This document shows, in pieces, positions 17,528 to 24,716 of a DNA stretch of 45,148 nucleotides. The stretch's first letter is position 1, and each line of letters begins with the position of its first letter. The translations under genes and the position numbers were made by a program. This DNA is from Nitrospinaceae bacterium (GTDB lineage Bacteria > Nitrospinota > Nitrospinia > Nitrospinales > VA-1): positions 1-45,148 of the forward strand of contig JAJDAW010000029.1 of assembly GCA_029261635.1 (NCBI GenBank). The letters are read 5' to 3'. Below the pieces are notes generated by a model. The model was not told the DNA's origin. It searched no databases and saw nothing but the letters and a program-made list of their open reading frames with translations.

Positions 17528-17971
17528 TTAGTTACTATCTACTATGTGTTGCAAACCCTCCGTTAAAGTGATGTCCAATATCTCTTGAATTTGAACTAAT
17601 TTGGACAGACTGGTGCGGCGGTTCATGCCCACTCCACAGTCTGGACAAATTCCAAAAAGGTTTCCCAGTGTTTCGGTTGCAGGTTGGTAGTCCACCATAT
17701 TCCCGGCTGGAACTTTGGGGCTACGGCACCGGAGACAATACATTTGATTTGGTTTGCATGGCCGTTTTTTTTTCACCCGTCGAGCCTGGAGAAAAGCGGA
17801 AAGATCACGGCCAAGAATCAGCATAGGACGTTTTTCATAAATGCAGGGAAGACCTTCCTTGATCCAAATGCGTACAGTATTTTTGTGGACACTGAGCAGA
17901 GAGGCGGTTTCTTCCACGGTGTAGTTGCGATGGATTTTTACCAGACGATAGTTGGAGTTTCGTTTTCCCAT
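17528..17971 (-). CDS. Excisionase-family HTH protein with C-terminal CxxC...CxxC zinc ribbon
   Basis: YTVEETASLLSVHKNTVRIWIKEGLP (HTH_17-like). CLRC...CPDC. Lies 13 nt upstream of the recombinase in the same operon. Confidence 0.65.
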   Translation of the reverse strand: MGKRNSNYRLVKIHRNYTVEETASLLSVHKNTVRIWIKEGLPCIYEKRPMLILGRDLSAFLQARRVKKKRPCKPNQMYCLRCRSPKVPAGNMVDYQPATETLGNLFGICPDCGVGMNRRTSLSKLVQIQEILDITLTEGLQHIVDSN

Positions 17972-18132
17972 TGTTCAACCTGAAAATATGGAGCAAGAGT
18001 TAATCTTCACGTTGATCTCCCTTGCCAAGAATCCATTTCTCGAAACTAAGAGGCAACCAACCCCAGACGGTAAAAGTGATGATCCACGATTTCACCCAAG
18101 ATTTAATGAGGCAATAAAAGTTCTTATGTTTT

Positions 18133-18345
18133 TTATTTGGGCTCATTGCTTTTGCCCTCTGCACGACTGGTTTCAATTTGCCGTTCTAGCCATCTCTGAA
18201 TTTCAGCTTCCACCCATCCCACAGCACGCGCTCCGAGGTTCACGGGTTTTGGAAACGTGCCTTGCGAGACACGAAGGTAAATAGTGCTCCGAGAAAGCCC
18301 GGTGCGATTTTTTACAGTGGGAAGTCTTAATATGGTGTGTGTCAT
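18133..18345 (-). CDS. alpA: AlpA-family prophage regulatory protein / excisionase
   Basis: ILRLPTVKNRTGLSRSTIYLRVSQGTFPKPVNLGARAVGWVEAEIQRWL is the canonical Phage_AlpA pattern. Confidence 0.85.
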   Translation of the reverse strand: MTHTILRLPTVKNRTGLSRSTIYLRVSQGTFPKPVNLGARAVGWVEAEIQRWLERQIETSRAEGKSNEPK

Positions 18346-18585
18346 CTTTAAATCTCCTTAAGCGTTAATGAACTTGTCGAGACCTAAATTAATTGTGCGA
18401 TTTGGGCGATGCAAAGGCATGGCTGAGCACAACCCAACCTGGCGATTCTTTTAAAATTAATGAGTTATAGTTTTTGAGTGGTGCGATTTAAGCGGACGAG
18501 CAGGTTGGAGGCTATCGGGAATAGCATATAAAATAAGGGGCTAACGGGTGGGTGAGTTGGGCGTAAAATTTCCGCCCAGCTTTTT

Positions 18586-19368
18586 TTACTTTTTCATGTT
18601 TTTGCGGATGGTTTCCGGGCTATAGTTTTTCCCAATGTGCATATTGACAATCTGTAGAGCATACCAATTGTCTGATCTATCAGAATTTTTTCTTTTCAAT
18701 TCTCGATAGGCTTTCTGCCAGCCCTTATGTCTCGCCTGGGTATCCAGTTTATTGACTTCGCGCCTGGCTATTGAAGGGTCATATCGGTTTGCAGGGGGAG
18801 ACCGATCAACCATATTGAAAATGGCCTTCTGATCTATCTTGATTCCGCTATTTTCAAAATAAATAATTTCATTCAGCAGGAGTGAATACTCAGAAACTTT
18901 CAGCGACACGCGTTCCCCGCAAACCAATTCCAAAGAGCCTGTTTTTTTATTACCCTGCAAATCCCCGAGAAGAAAAATTTTGGTTTTCTTATCCTTTTTG
19001 GGTTTGGATTTTATACCAAGTTCTTGGCTAATCCATCCCGCAACCTGTCTTTCGGTAATTTGCCATTGTTTAAGGTAATCCAACGGAATGGGTATTCGTC
19101 CCATATCGTCACGCCGGTCACAAGCAACAAAGGCTCGTATGGTTTTTGCATTTACTGTTGGGGAAACATGTACCGGCATGAAACAGTTTTCTTCGCAACC
19201 CGGACACACTACCGACTTGGCAGGTTCTTTTGGCTTAATCCAACCCGCATTGAGAAATATTTCCAGCGCACCCTCTGGCCATTGGCGAATCTGTTCCCAT
19301 GAAACTGTGTCACCTTTTTTTAAACCAAGAGTCTGAGTCAGATCATTTAGAACATCATCCAATTTCAT
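18586..19368 (-). CDS. Hypothetical protein (260 aa) with a CPGCEENC motif; second gene of the island operon
   Basis: Long clean ORF. Its start overlaps the upstream stop (ATGA). Basic C-terminus. No family recognised. Confidence 0.6.
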   Translation of the reverse strand: MKLDDVLNDLTQTLGLKKGDTVSWEQIRQWPEGALEIFLNAGWIKPKEPAKSVVCPGCEENCFMPVHVSPTVNAKTIRAFVACDRRDDMGRIPIPLDYLKQWQITERQVAGWISQELGIKSKPKKDKKTKIFLLGDLQGNKKTGSLELVCGERVSLKVSEYSLLLNEIIYFENSGIKIDQKAIFNMVDRSPPANRYDPSIARREVNKLDTQARHKGWQKAYRELKRKNSDRSDNWYALQIVNMHIGKNYSPETIRKNMKK

Positions 19369-20555
19369 GAGGCGTTTTTGTCTTCGGTTGTTTCAAGTTC
19401 AATGGGTTCAATGCCGGAATCAGTCAGCATATTGCGGATAACCAAATCCCTTCCATCGTGACTAAGGGCGCACCAGTTGGGGTAACTTATTTTGAAGGTG
19501 CGTGTCCGGCTTCGGGTTTCGGGTGTTGGGGCAAAAACAACTTTTATCTCTGCCTGGGTGACATGAAATGGCGGTAGCTTGAGTTCTTCAATCAAATCAT
19601 AAATGGCTTTCGTATCAGGGGTAGGATCAGACTCAACAGTCACCCGCCGTTTCTCCCCAATTTTCAAACTCAATCTTAACTTTTTCACTGCCACTTCTTC
19701 TATTCCACAGTCCACCGGATACTTAAAAATAAAATCCCGATCCGTTAAAGTATCCAGAGCATATACTAGGTTGTCACCGACAAACTCTTCAAGCTCATCG
19801 AACCCGAGAACAGCATCCGCAAAAATCTGTTGTAATTGAGGAACGGACTTCGTATTGCGCGGAGCATAAATATCCAGCGATCCCTCAGCCTGAGTGTAAA
19901 CAAAGATAATTTCAAAAGCGGGTTGTCGGGCGCGATTGGAGAGAGAATTGCGAACCCATTCTATTCCGGACTGGGCGAAGTCCTCTGGGTAAGCAAAGAA
20001 ATACTCCTTTTCATTGCGGCGGAAAACCTCCACCTTGCAATTGCGCCCCCGGCCCTCCTTACTATAAAAATAGTTGCTGAGGGCATCCTCTAACTGTTTG
20101 GTGCTCTCTTCATTCACATTAGGTGGTAGGTGAGGCAAATCATTGCGTTTCTTCCAGAGAGATTCCGAAATGTTGTCCGAGTGTAGGAACAACCAGGCCC
20201 CAGCCCAGTATTTAGGATATTCTAAAAAAGTCCACATAACCTTGCCATGGAATCCATCAACTTTAGAAATAGCCTCGGGAAACTTTGTATCGTTATGATA
20301 ATTAGCCTCATCGGTCAATGCCATCACGCCACCTTGGTTGGCCATAGTGTCGATGTCCTGAAATTCCGCCCCAATTTTGGCTTGTTGCTCGGGGAGTAAG
20401 GCGATGAAGGCATGAAAAATAGGGTTAACCTCTGTTTCTTTTAATTGTTCAAAGTCGATCTTCTGCAACACGTTTTTCTTTTCTTGAAAATATCGCCCAA
20501 GCAAGACATTGGGAACGCGGCGGAAAAATTGGGTAGGAGAGTATTGGTGGGCCAT
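19365..20555 (-). CDS. Hypothetical protein (396 aa); first gene of the island operon
   Basis: Long clean ORF with an ATG start. No family recognised. Confidence 0.65.
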   Translation of the reverse strand: MAHQYSPTQFFRRVPNVLLGRYFQEKKNVLQKIDFEQLKETEVNPIFHAFIALLPEQQAKIGAEFQDIDTMANQGGVMALTDEANYHNDTKFPEAISKVDGFHGKVMWTFLEYPKYWAGAWLFLHSDNISESLWKKRNDLPHLPPNVNEESTKQLEDALSNYFYSKEGRGRNCKVEVFRRNEKEYFFAYPEDFAQSGIEWVRNSLSNRARQPAFEIIFVYTQAEGSLDIYAPRNTKSVPQLQQIFADAVLGFDELEEFVGDNLVYALDTLTDRDFIFKYPVDCGIEEVAVKKLRLSLKIGEKRRVTVESDPTPDTKAIYDLIEELKLPPFHVTQAEIKVVFAPTPETRSRTRTFKISYPNWCALSHDGRDLVIRNMLTDSGIEPIELETTEDKNAS

Positions 20556-20854
20556 AATTAAAGCTCCCTAGTTTTAAGGTTTTCTGTTGTCATTTTTAAC
20601 AAGAAAATGAGAATAAAGAAACAGATTTCAAAAATACGAATACGATCTATATAATAAGGAACCTTATTCATAAATCTTCCAACCTTCCTTTATTTTGCAA
20701 TCCGGTAAAATCTTTCTGTCTCCCCTAAATTTGTATATCGTTAAAAATTAAACAAAAGTTTTTTCGTCAGGAATTTCACTGCTATGCGATATATCCGAAG
20801 TTGGCAAGAAGTGGTTGTGCAGAACTGTCACAATTACGTCACTCATCATAAGTA

Positions 20855-20864
20855 CCCCCCCCCC
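20855..20864. repeat. Homopolymeric C10 tract in the control region upstream of the fibre locus
   Basis: agta-cccccccccc-tattaggg, counted directly. Its 3' end is part of the palindrome CCCTA-T-TAGGG. Confidence 0.9.
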
Positions 20865-21038
20865 TATTAGGGTATTGCCCTACAATGGGTAAGTGTGATA
20901 AATTGACATCTGCTGTAAACTAATATCGGATTGCCAATATGGGATGTTAAAGGTAAGATCCTAAATTTAGTAACACTTGGTATTCCAGTTCAAGCACGAG
21001 CAGGTAGTTTTCTGAGTTTTAGTTCAAATGGGGTGGTA

Positions 21039-21611
21039 ATGTCGATGTCTGTTTTAAAAGTTTTGCTGGCTTGCAAAGCTGTCATTTTATTCCTGCTTTT
21101 TGCTACCTCTCTTTATGCAGACAATGGGTCGATTGATAACTCGTTTTCCAGTAAAGATAGCGACTCCGAAAAGCTACTAGTGAGAACTCTGCGCAACCTA
21201 CAGTTTGGGGATGTGATTCCCATTAGGCAGGGTTTAGTAGTAGTTATTGAGCCTGCCACCGGAAATAAGACGGTTTTAGAAGGTATTGACGGAGGGGGTC
21301 GGTATGGTCCGGCTAAATTCGAGGTAAAAGGTCAGCCAAACAAGCAGTTTGTGGTTACGTTGCCCGACCAAATAGTCATGCTGGGGACGGGCATTAGGTC
21401 TGAGCTTTCCAGTTTTACGGCTTATCTTCCTCCCGATCAGGGAACCAGTCCCAACTCAAGTGGGCCAAAGACGAGTATGAGAGATGTCGTTGGTAGTCTG
21501 GATCAGTACGGTAAAGCCATAATTCTGGTTGGAGGGAAGTTCGTTTCGCGGGGTCGCCAAGCGGGAATAGGTATGTGTGTATTCTCGGTATTTGTAGATT
21601 ATTTACCCTGA
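21039..21611 (+). CDS. Divergent DUF4402/SCPU-like fibre subunit (first gene of the locus)
   Basis: Signal peptide (VLKVLLACKAVILFLLFATSLYA). LQFGDV...AKFEVKGQPNKQFVVTLP...LVGGKF...VFVDY follows the DUF4402 layout. ATG at 21039 is preferred over the listed TTG at 20931. Confidence 0.55.
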   Translation: MSMSVLKVLLACKAVILFLLFATSLYADNGSIDNSFSSKDSDSEKLLVRTLRNLQFGDVIPIRQGLVVVIEPATGNKTVLEGIDGGGRYGPAKFEVKGQPNKQFVVTLPDQIVMLGTGIRSELSSFTAYLPPDQGTSPNSSGPKTSMRDVVGSLDQYGKAIILVGGKFVSRGRQAGIGMCVFSVFVDYLP

Positions 21612-21638
21612 ATGGAGAGAGTGCCATGATGGGTTGTC

Positions 21639-22310
21639 TTGGAGGGCAATTTGTTAGATAAACGGTTATTTGGCGTAAGGCTCATTTTTGTAATGACGCT
21701 CTTACTGCCATGCTGGATGCCAAAAAACATAGATGCAGGAGTTGTGGGCGCAGGGCGGGGAACGGCGACCGTAACTGTGCCAGTAGTGGGCTCAATAACC
21801 AAGCCGCTCAAATTTGGCCTGATCTTACCCGGAGGGCGAAGAGGCAGCGATGGAGTGGTTGTGGTCACTCCCCAAAACAGACGTTTTACCAGGGGAGGTG
21901 TCAGGCTGGGTAATTGCGGTGATGACGGAGACAAAGACAAGGGCAAAGACAAGGACAAAGACAAAGACAAGGACAAAGACAAACATCGAGAAAGTAATCA
22001 GCGCGGAGGTAGAAGCAATCATGGAGATTGCACATTTAGCCGGGCCGAGTTCAATATGGCAGGTGCACCCAACACTTCTTTCATTGTTACCCTGTATAGC
22101 TCACCCGCTAGCCATACTGGCGGACATGGAAAAAATTTGCAGATTGCAAACCTCAAAAGTTTCAGTGTTACGCAAGGCGCTAATAGCTCGACAGGTCTGT
22201 TTGACGCGAGTGGTAAAGAAACAATCTGGGTGGGTGGCTCCCTTCAAGTTCCGGCACGGGCGAAAAAGGGCAGCTACACAGGAAAGATTACCTTGACGGT
22301 TAACTTTTAA
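21639..22310 (+). CDS. DUF4402/SCPU-like subunit with a Cys-flanked (Asp-Lys)n insertion
   Basis: GRGTATVTVPVVGSITKPLKFG... and C-terminal VGGSLQVPARAKKGSYTGKITLTVNF. The start is uncertain (TTG at 21639 or ATG at 21693). Confidence 0.6.
   Translation: MEGNLLDKRLFGVRLIFVMTLLLPCWMPKNIDAGVVGAGRGTATVTVPVVGSITKPLKFGLILPGGRRGSDGVVVVTPQNRRFTRGGVRLGNCGDDGDKDKGKDKDKDKDKDKDKHRESNQRGGRSNHGDCTFSRAEFNMAGAPNTSFIVTLYSSPASHTGGHGKNLQIANLKSFSVTQGANSSTGLFDASGKETIWVGGSLQVPARAKKGSYTGKITLTVNF
21930..21983 (+). repeat. In-frame hexanucleotide microsatellite (GACAAR)9
   Basis: gacaaa gacaag ggcaaa gacaag gacaaa gacaaa gacaag gacaaa gacaaa encodes DKDKGKDKDKDKDKDKDK. Confidence 0.95.
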
Positions 22311-22502
22311 GAATTGTTGTTTTTTTGTGGAGAAGAAATAACAAGCCAGACCACCCTCTGAAAGTCGATCTGGTCAAAAAAACTCACCGCTTTCAAAGTG
22401 GTAGTAGCAAAACTCGCAGTTTGAGGCTATGAGATTAGTAAAGGGTTAATCGTATAGCGCGATCCATTTATCTAAATTTTCTTTATTTTAAGGAATACGA
22501 TT

Positions 22503-22994
22503 ATGAAAATAAAAAGCATGTTGAAAATGGTAGCAGCAGTTCTTTTGATCACCAGTATGGCAGCTTCAAATGCATTGGCCGCAGATGGCACGGGTACGGC
22601 CACCGCTTCGGTGGTGATACCACTCGCCATGACAGAAATTAGAGTTTTAAATTTTGGTTCATTTTCGCCCAGTGCTTCTCCAGGGGTAGTACATATCGCA
22701 AACGGTTCATGGACTGCCAGTGGAGGGGTAACACTTATAGCGGGTGGTGGCGGTATCACTGGTATATTTGGTTTAACTGGACAACCCAACACAACCTATT
22801 CCCGCTCGATTGACTCAGTTATGACCCTGAGTAATGGTTCGGATATAATGACTGCAAACCTCAATTCTTTGGGTTCACTTATAAATTCAGGCGGAACTGG
22901 AGCAGTTGTGGTAGTTGGTGATCTAAGCGTTGCAGCAAATCAGCCAACGGGTGTTTATACGGGAACCTACAATCTTTCCGTTAACTATAACTAA
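22503..22994 (+). CDS. DUF4402/SCPU-like fibre subunit, tandem paralogue 1
   Basis: Signal peptide ...ASNALA/ADGTGTATASVVIPLA. C-terminal NQPTGVYTGTYNLSVNYN. RBS present. Confidence 0.8.
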   Translation: MKIKSMLKMVAAVLLITSMAASNALAADGTGTATASVVIPLAMTEIRVLNFGSFSPSASPGVVHIANGSWTASGGVTLIAGGGGITGIFGLTGQPNTTYSRSIDSVMTLSNGSDIMTANLNSLGSLINSGGTGAVVVVGDLSVAANQPTGVYTGTYNLSVNYN

Positions 22995-23044
22995 ATAACT
23001 GTTCCTAGTTTTCTTATAATTCTTAATTCGGGGAGTAATGCATT

Positions 23045-23551
23045 ATGAAAGTAAAAAGCATGTTGAAAATGGTAGCAGCAGTTCTTTTGATCACCAGTAT
23101 GGCAGCTTCAAATGCATTGGCCGCAGACGGTACCGGTACGGCCACCGCTAATGTAGTCGTGCCTCTCGCTATTACTAATACCATTGATTTGAACTGGGGT
23201 ACTTTTGCTCCTGATCCAACAACGCCAGGTACTGTTGAGGTTCCGGCAGCACAAGCGGGCCCCTTCAATTCAACGATCGTATCTTTATTGGCTCAAGGCT
23301 CAACTGGAACCATGGCTTTGACTGGTGACAACAACCGAAATATTATTACCACTATGAGTGCCAACCCTCATATTTTTACGGGAACCAATCCTGCAAACAT
23401 CATGACCGGAAACCTCAGTGTCCTTTCCCCTACTGCAACAGATTCTTTGGGAGGGGGAACAGTTTATATAGGTGGAGTTTTGGATGTGGGTGCGGGCCAA
23501 CCTGCAGATGTATACAGCGGTAACTATACGATTACTGTTAACTATAACTAA
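23045..23551 (+). CDS. DUF4402/SCPU-like fibre subunit, tandem paralogue 2
   Basis: ADGTGTATANVVVPLAITN..LNWGTF...GAGQPADVYSGNYTITVNYN. Confidence 0.8.
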   Translation: MKVKSMLKMVAAVLLITSMAASNALAADGTGTATANVVVPLAITNTIDLNWGTFAPDPTTPGTVEVPAAQAGPFNSTIVSLLAQGSTGTMALTGDNNRNIITTMSANPHIFTGTNPANIMTGNLSVLSPTATDSLGGGTVYIGGVLDVGAGQPADVYSGNYTITVNYN

Positions 23552-23560
23552 AATAATTGG

Positions 23561-23583
23561 ATGGGTCGTGTAACGCGATCCAT
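23561..23583 (+). promoter_or_regulatory. Intercistronic RNA stem-loop, copy 1
   Basis: atgggtcgtg-taa-cgcgatccat, a 10-bp stem including G.U pairs, 10 nt after the stop codon. Confidence 0.55.
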
Positions 23584-23604
23584 GTTATTTGAAGGAGTAC
23601 GACT

Positions 23605-24102
23605 ATGAAAGTAAAAAACATGTTGAAAATGGCAGTAGCAGCTCTCTTGTTTTCTGGAATGGCAGCATCCAGTGCATTGGCCGCAGACGGTACCGGTACG
23701 GCCACCGCTAACGTTGTTGTGCCTCTGGCTATTAATGAGGTTAGTCCTCTGAATTGGGGAACATTTGCTCCTGACCCAAGCAGTCCAGGTACTGTTACGG
23801 TTGGTACAACGGGTGTCCCTTCTTCAACGGTTGTATCTTATTTGACTCTAGGTGACCCAGGAATATTCAGTGTGACAGGTGACGGGAGTCGATCTTTTAT
23901 TACCAGTTTAAGTGCTAACCCTCATACCTTTACGGGTGCCAATCCTGCAAATACTATGACCGGAAATCTCGTTTTCCTTGCCCCTCCTGCTCTTACTGGT
24001 GGCGTTGCTGGAGTTCAAGTAGGAGGAACTTTGGATGTGGGTGCGGGTCAAGCTGCAGATGTGTACAGCGGTAATTACACGGTTACCGTTAACTATAACT
24101 AA
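23605..24102 (+). CDS. DUF4402/SCPU-like fibre subunit, tandem paralogue 3
   Basis: Same conserved ends. GAAGGAG RBS. Confidence 0.8.
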   Translation: MKVKNMLKMAVAALLFSGMAASSALAADGTGTATANVVVPLAINEVSPLNWGTFAPDPSSPGTVTVGTTGVPSSTVVSYLTLGDPGIFSVTGDGSRSFITSLSANPHTFTGANPANTMTGNLVFLAPPALTGGVAGVQVGGTLDVGAGQAADVYSGNYTVTVNYN

Positions 24103-24111
24103 AATAAATAG

Positions 24112-24136
24112 ATGGGTCGTGTAACGCGCGATCCAT
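24112..24136 (+). promoter_or_regulatory. Intercistronic RNA stem-loop, copy 2
   Basis: atgggtcgtg-taacg-cgcgatccat. Confidence 0.55.
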
Positions 24137-24162
24137 CCATACAGTGATAAAGGAATGCGACT

Positions 24163-24663
24163 ATGAAAGTAAAAAACATGTTGAAAATGGCAGTAGCAGC
24201 TTTATTGTTTTCTGGAATGATAGCTTCAAATGCATCGGCTGCAGACGGTACCGGTACGGCTACCGCTAGCGTTGTTGTGCCTCTCGCGGTTACCAATGTT
24301 CTTGATCTTAACTGGGGTTCTTTTTCTCCCGACCCAACAGTCCCCGGCACTGTTTCAGTTCCTGCGGATGGCAGCGCTGCTTCTTCAACGGTAGTATCAA
24401 TATTGTCGACAGGCTCGCATGGGCACATGACTGTGACGGGTGATGGTAGCCGGAGCTTTACCTCTTCTATAAGTGCTAACCCTCATACTTTTACGGGAAC
24501 CAATCCTGCAAACACCATGACCGGAAACCTCAGCCTTGACGCAGAAATTGCTCTCGTTGGTGGTTTTGGTGATATTGATGTGGGCGGAGTTTTGAATGTT
24601 GGTGCGGGTCAACCTGCAGATACATACAGCGGAAACTACACGGTTACTGTTAACTACAACTAA
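24163..24663 (+). CDS. DUF4402/SCPU-like fibre subunit, tandem paralogue 4
   Basis: Same conserved ends. Confidence 0.8.
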   Translation: MKVKNMLKMAVAALLFSGMIASNASAADGTGTATASVVVPLAVTNVLDLNWGSFSPDPTVPGTVSVPADGSAASSTVVSILSTGSHGHMTVTGDGSRSFTSSISANPHTFTGTNPANTMTGNLSLDAEIALVGGFGDIDVGGVLNVGAGQPADTYSGNYTVTVNYN

Positions 24664-24672
24664 AATAAATGG

Positions 24673-24695
24673 ATGGGTCGCGTAACGCGGCCCAT
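24673..24695 (+). promoter_or_regulatory. Intercistronic RNA stem-loop, copy 3
   Basis: atgggtcgcg-taa-cgcggcccat. It differs from copy 1 at paired positions while keeping the pairing. Confidence 0.55.
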
Positions 24696-24716
24696 GTTAT
24701 TTGAAGGAGTACGACT

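Noticed and set aside
17952-18284. 110-aa plus-strand ORF
   Set aside because: It is antisense to the AlpA gene, which has a canonical family signature.
18558-18586. Hairpin tgggcg-taaaatttc-cgccca followed by a T-run on the plus strand
   Set aside because: No plus-strand gene ends upstream of it. For the minus-strand gene the U-tract would be on the wrong side. It is not called as a terminator.
20903-20926. TTGACA ... TAATAT as the fibre-locus promoter
   Set aside because: The spacer is only 12 nt, which is incompatible with a sigma70 promoter. The weaker TTGCCC-N18-TAAATT candidate is mentioned instead, at low confidence.
21599-22296. ORFs translating as SLSLSLSL..., FVFVLVFVFV... and KTRAKTRTKTKTRTK
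   Set aside because: These are alternative-frame or antisense readings of the (GACAAR)9 microsatellite inside the subunit gene. They are artefacts of the repeat.
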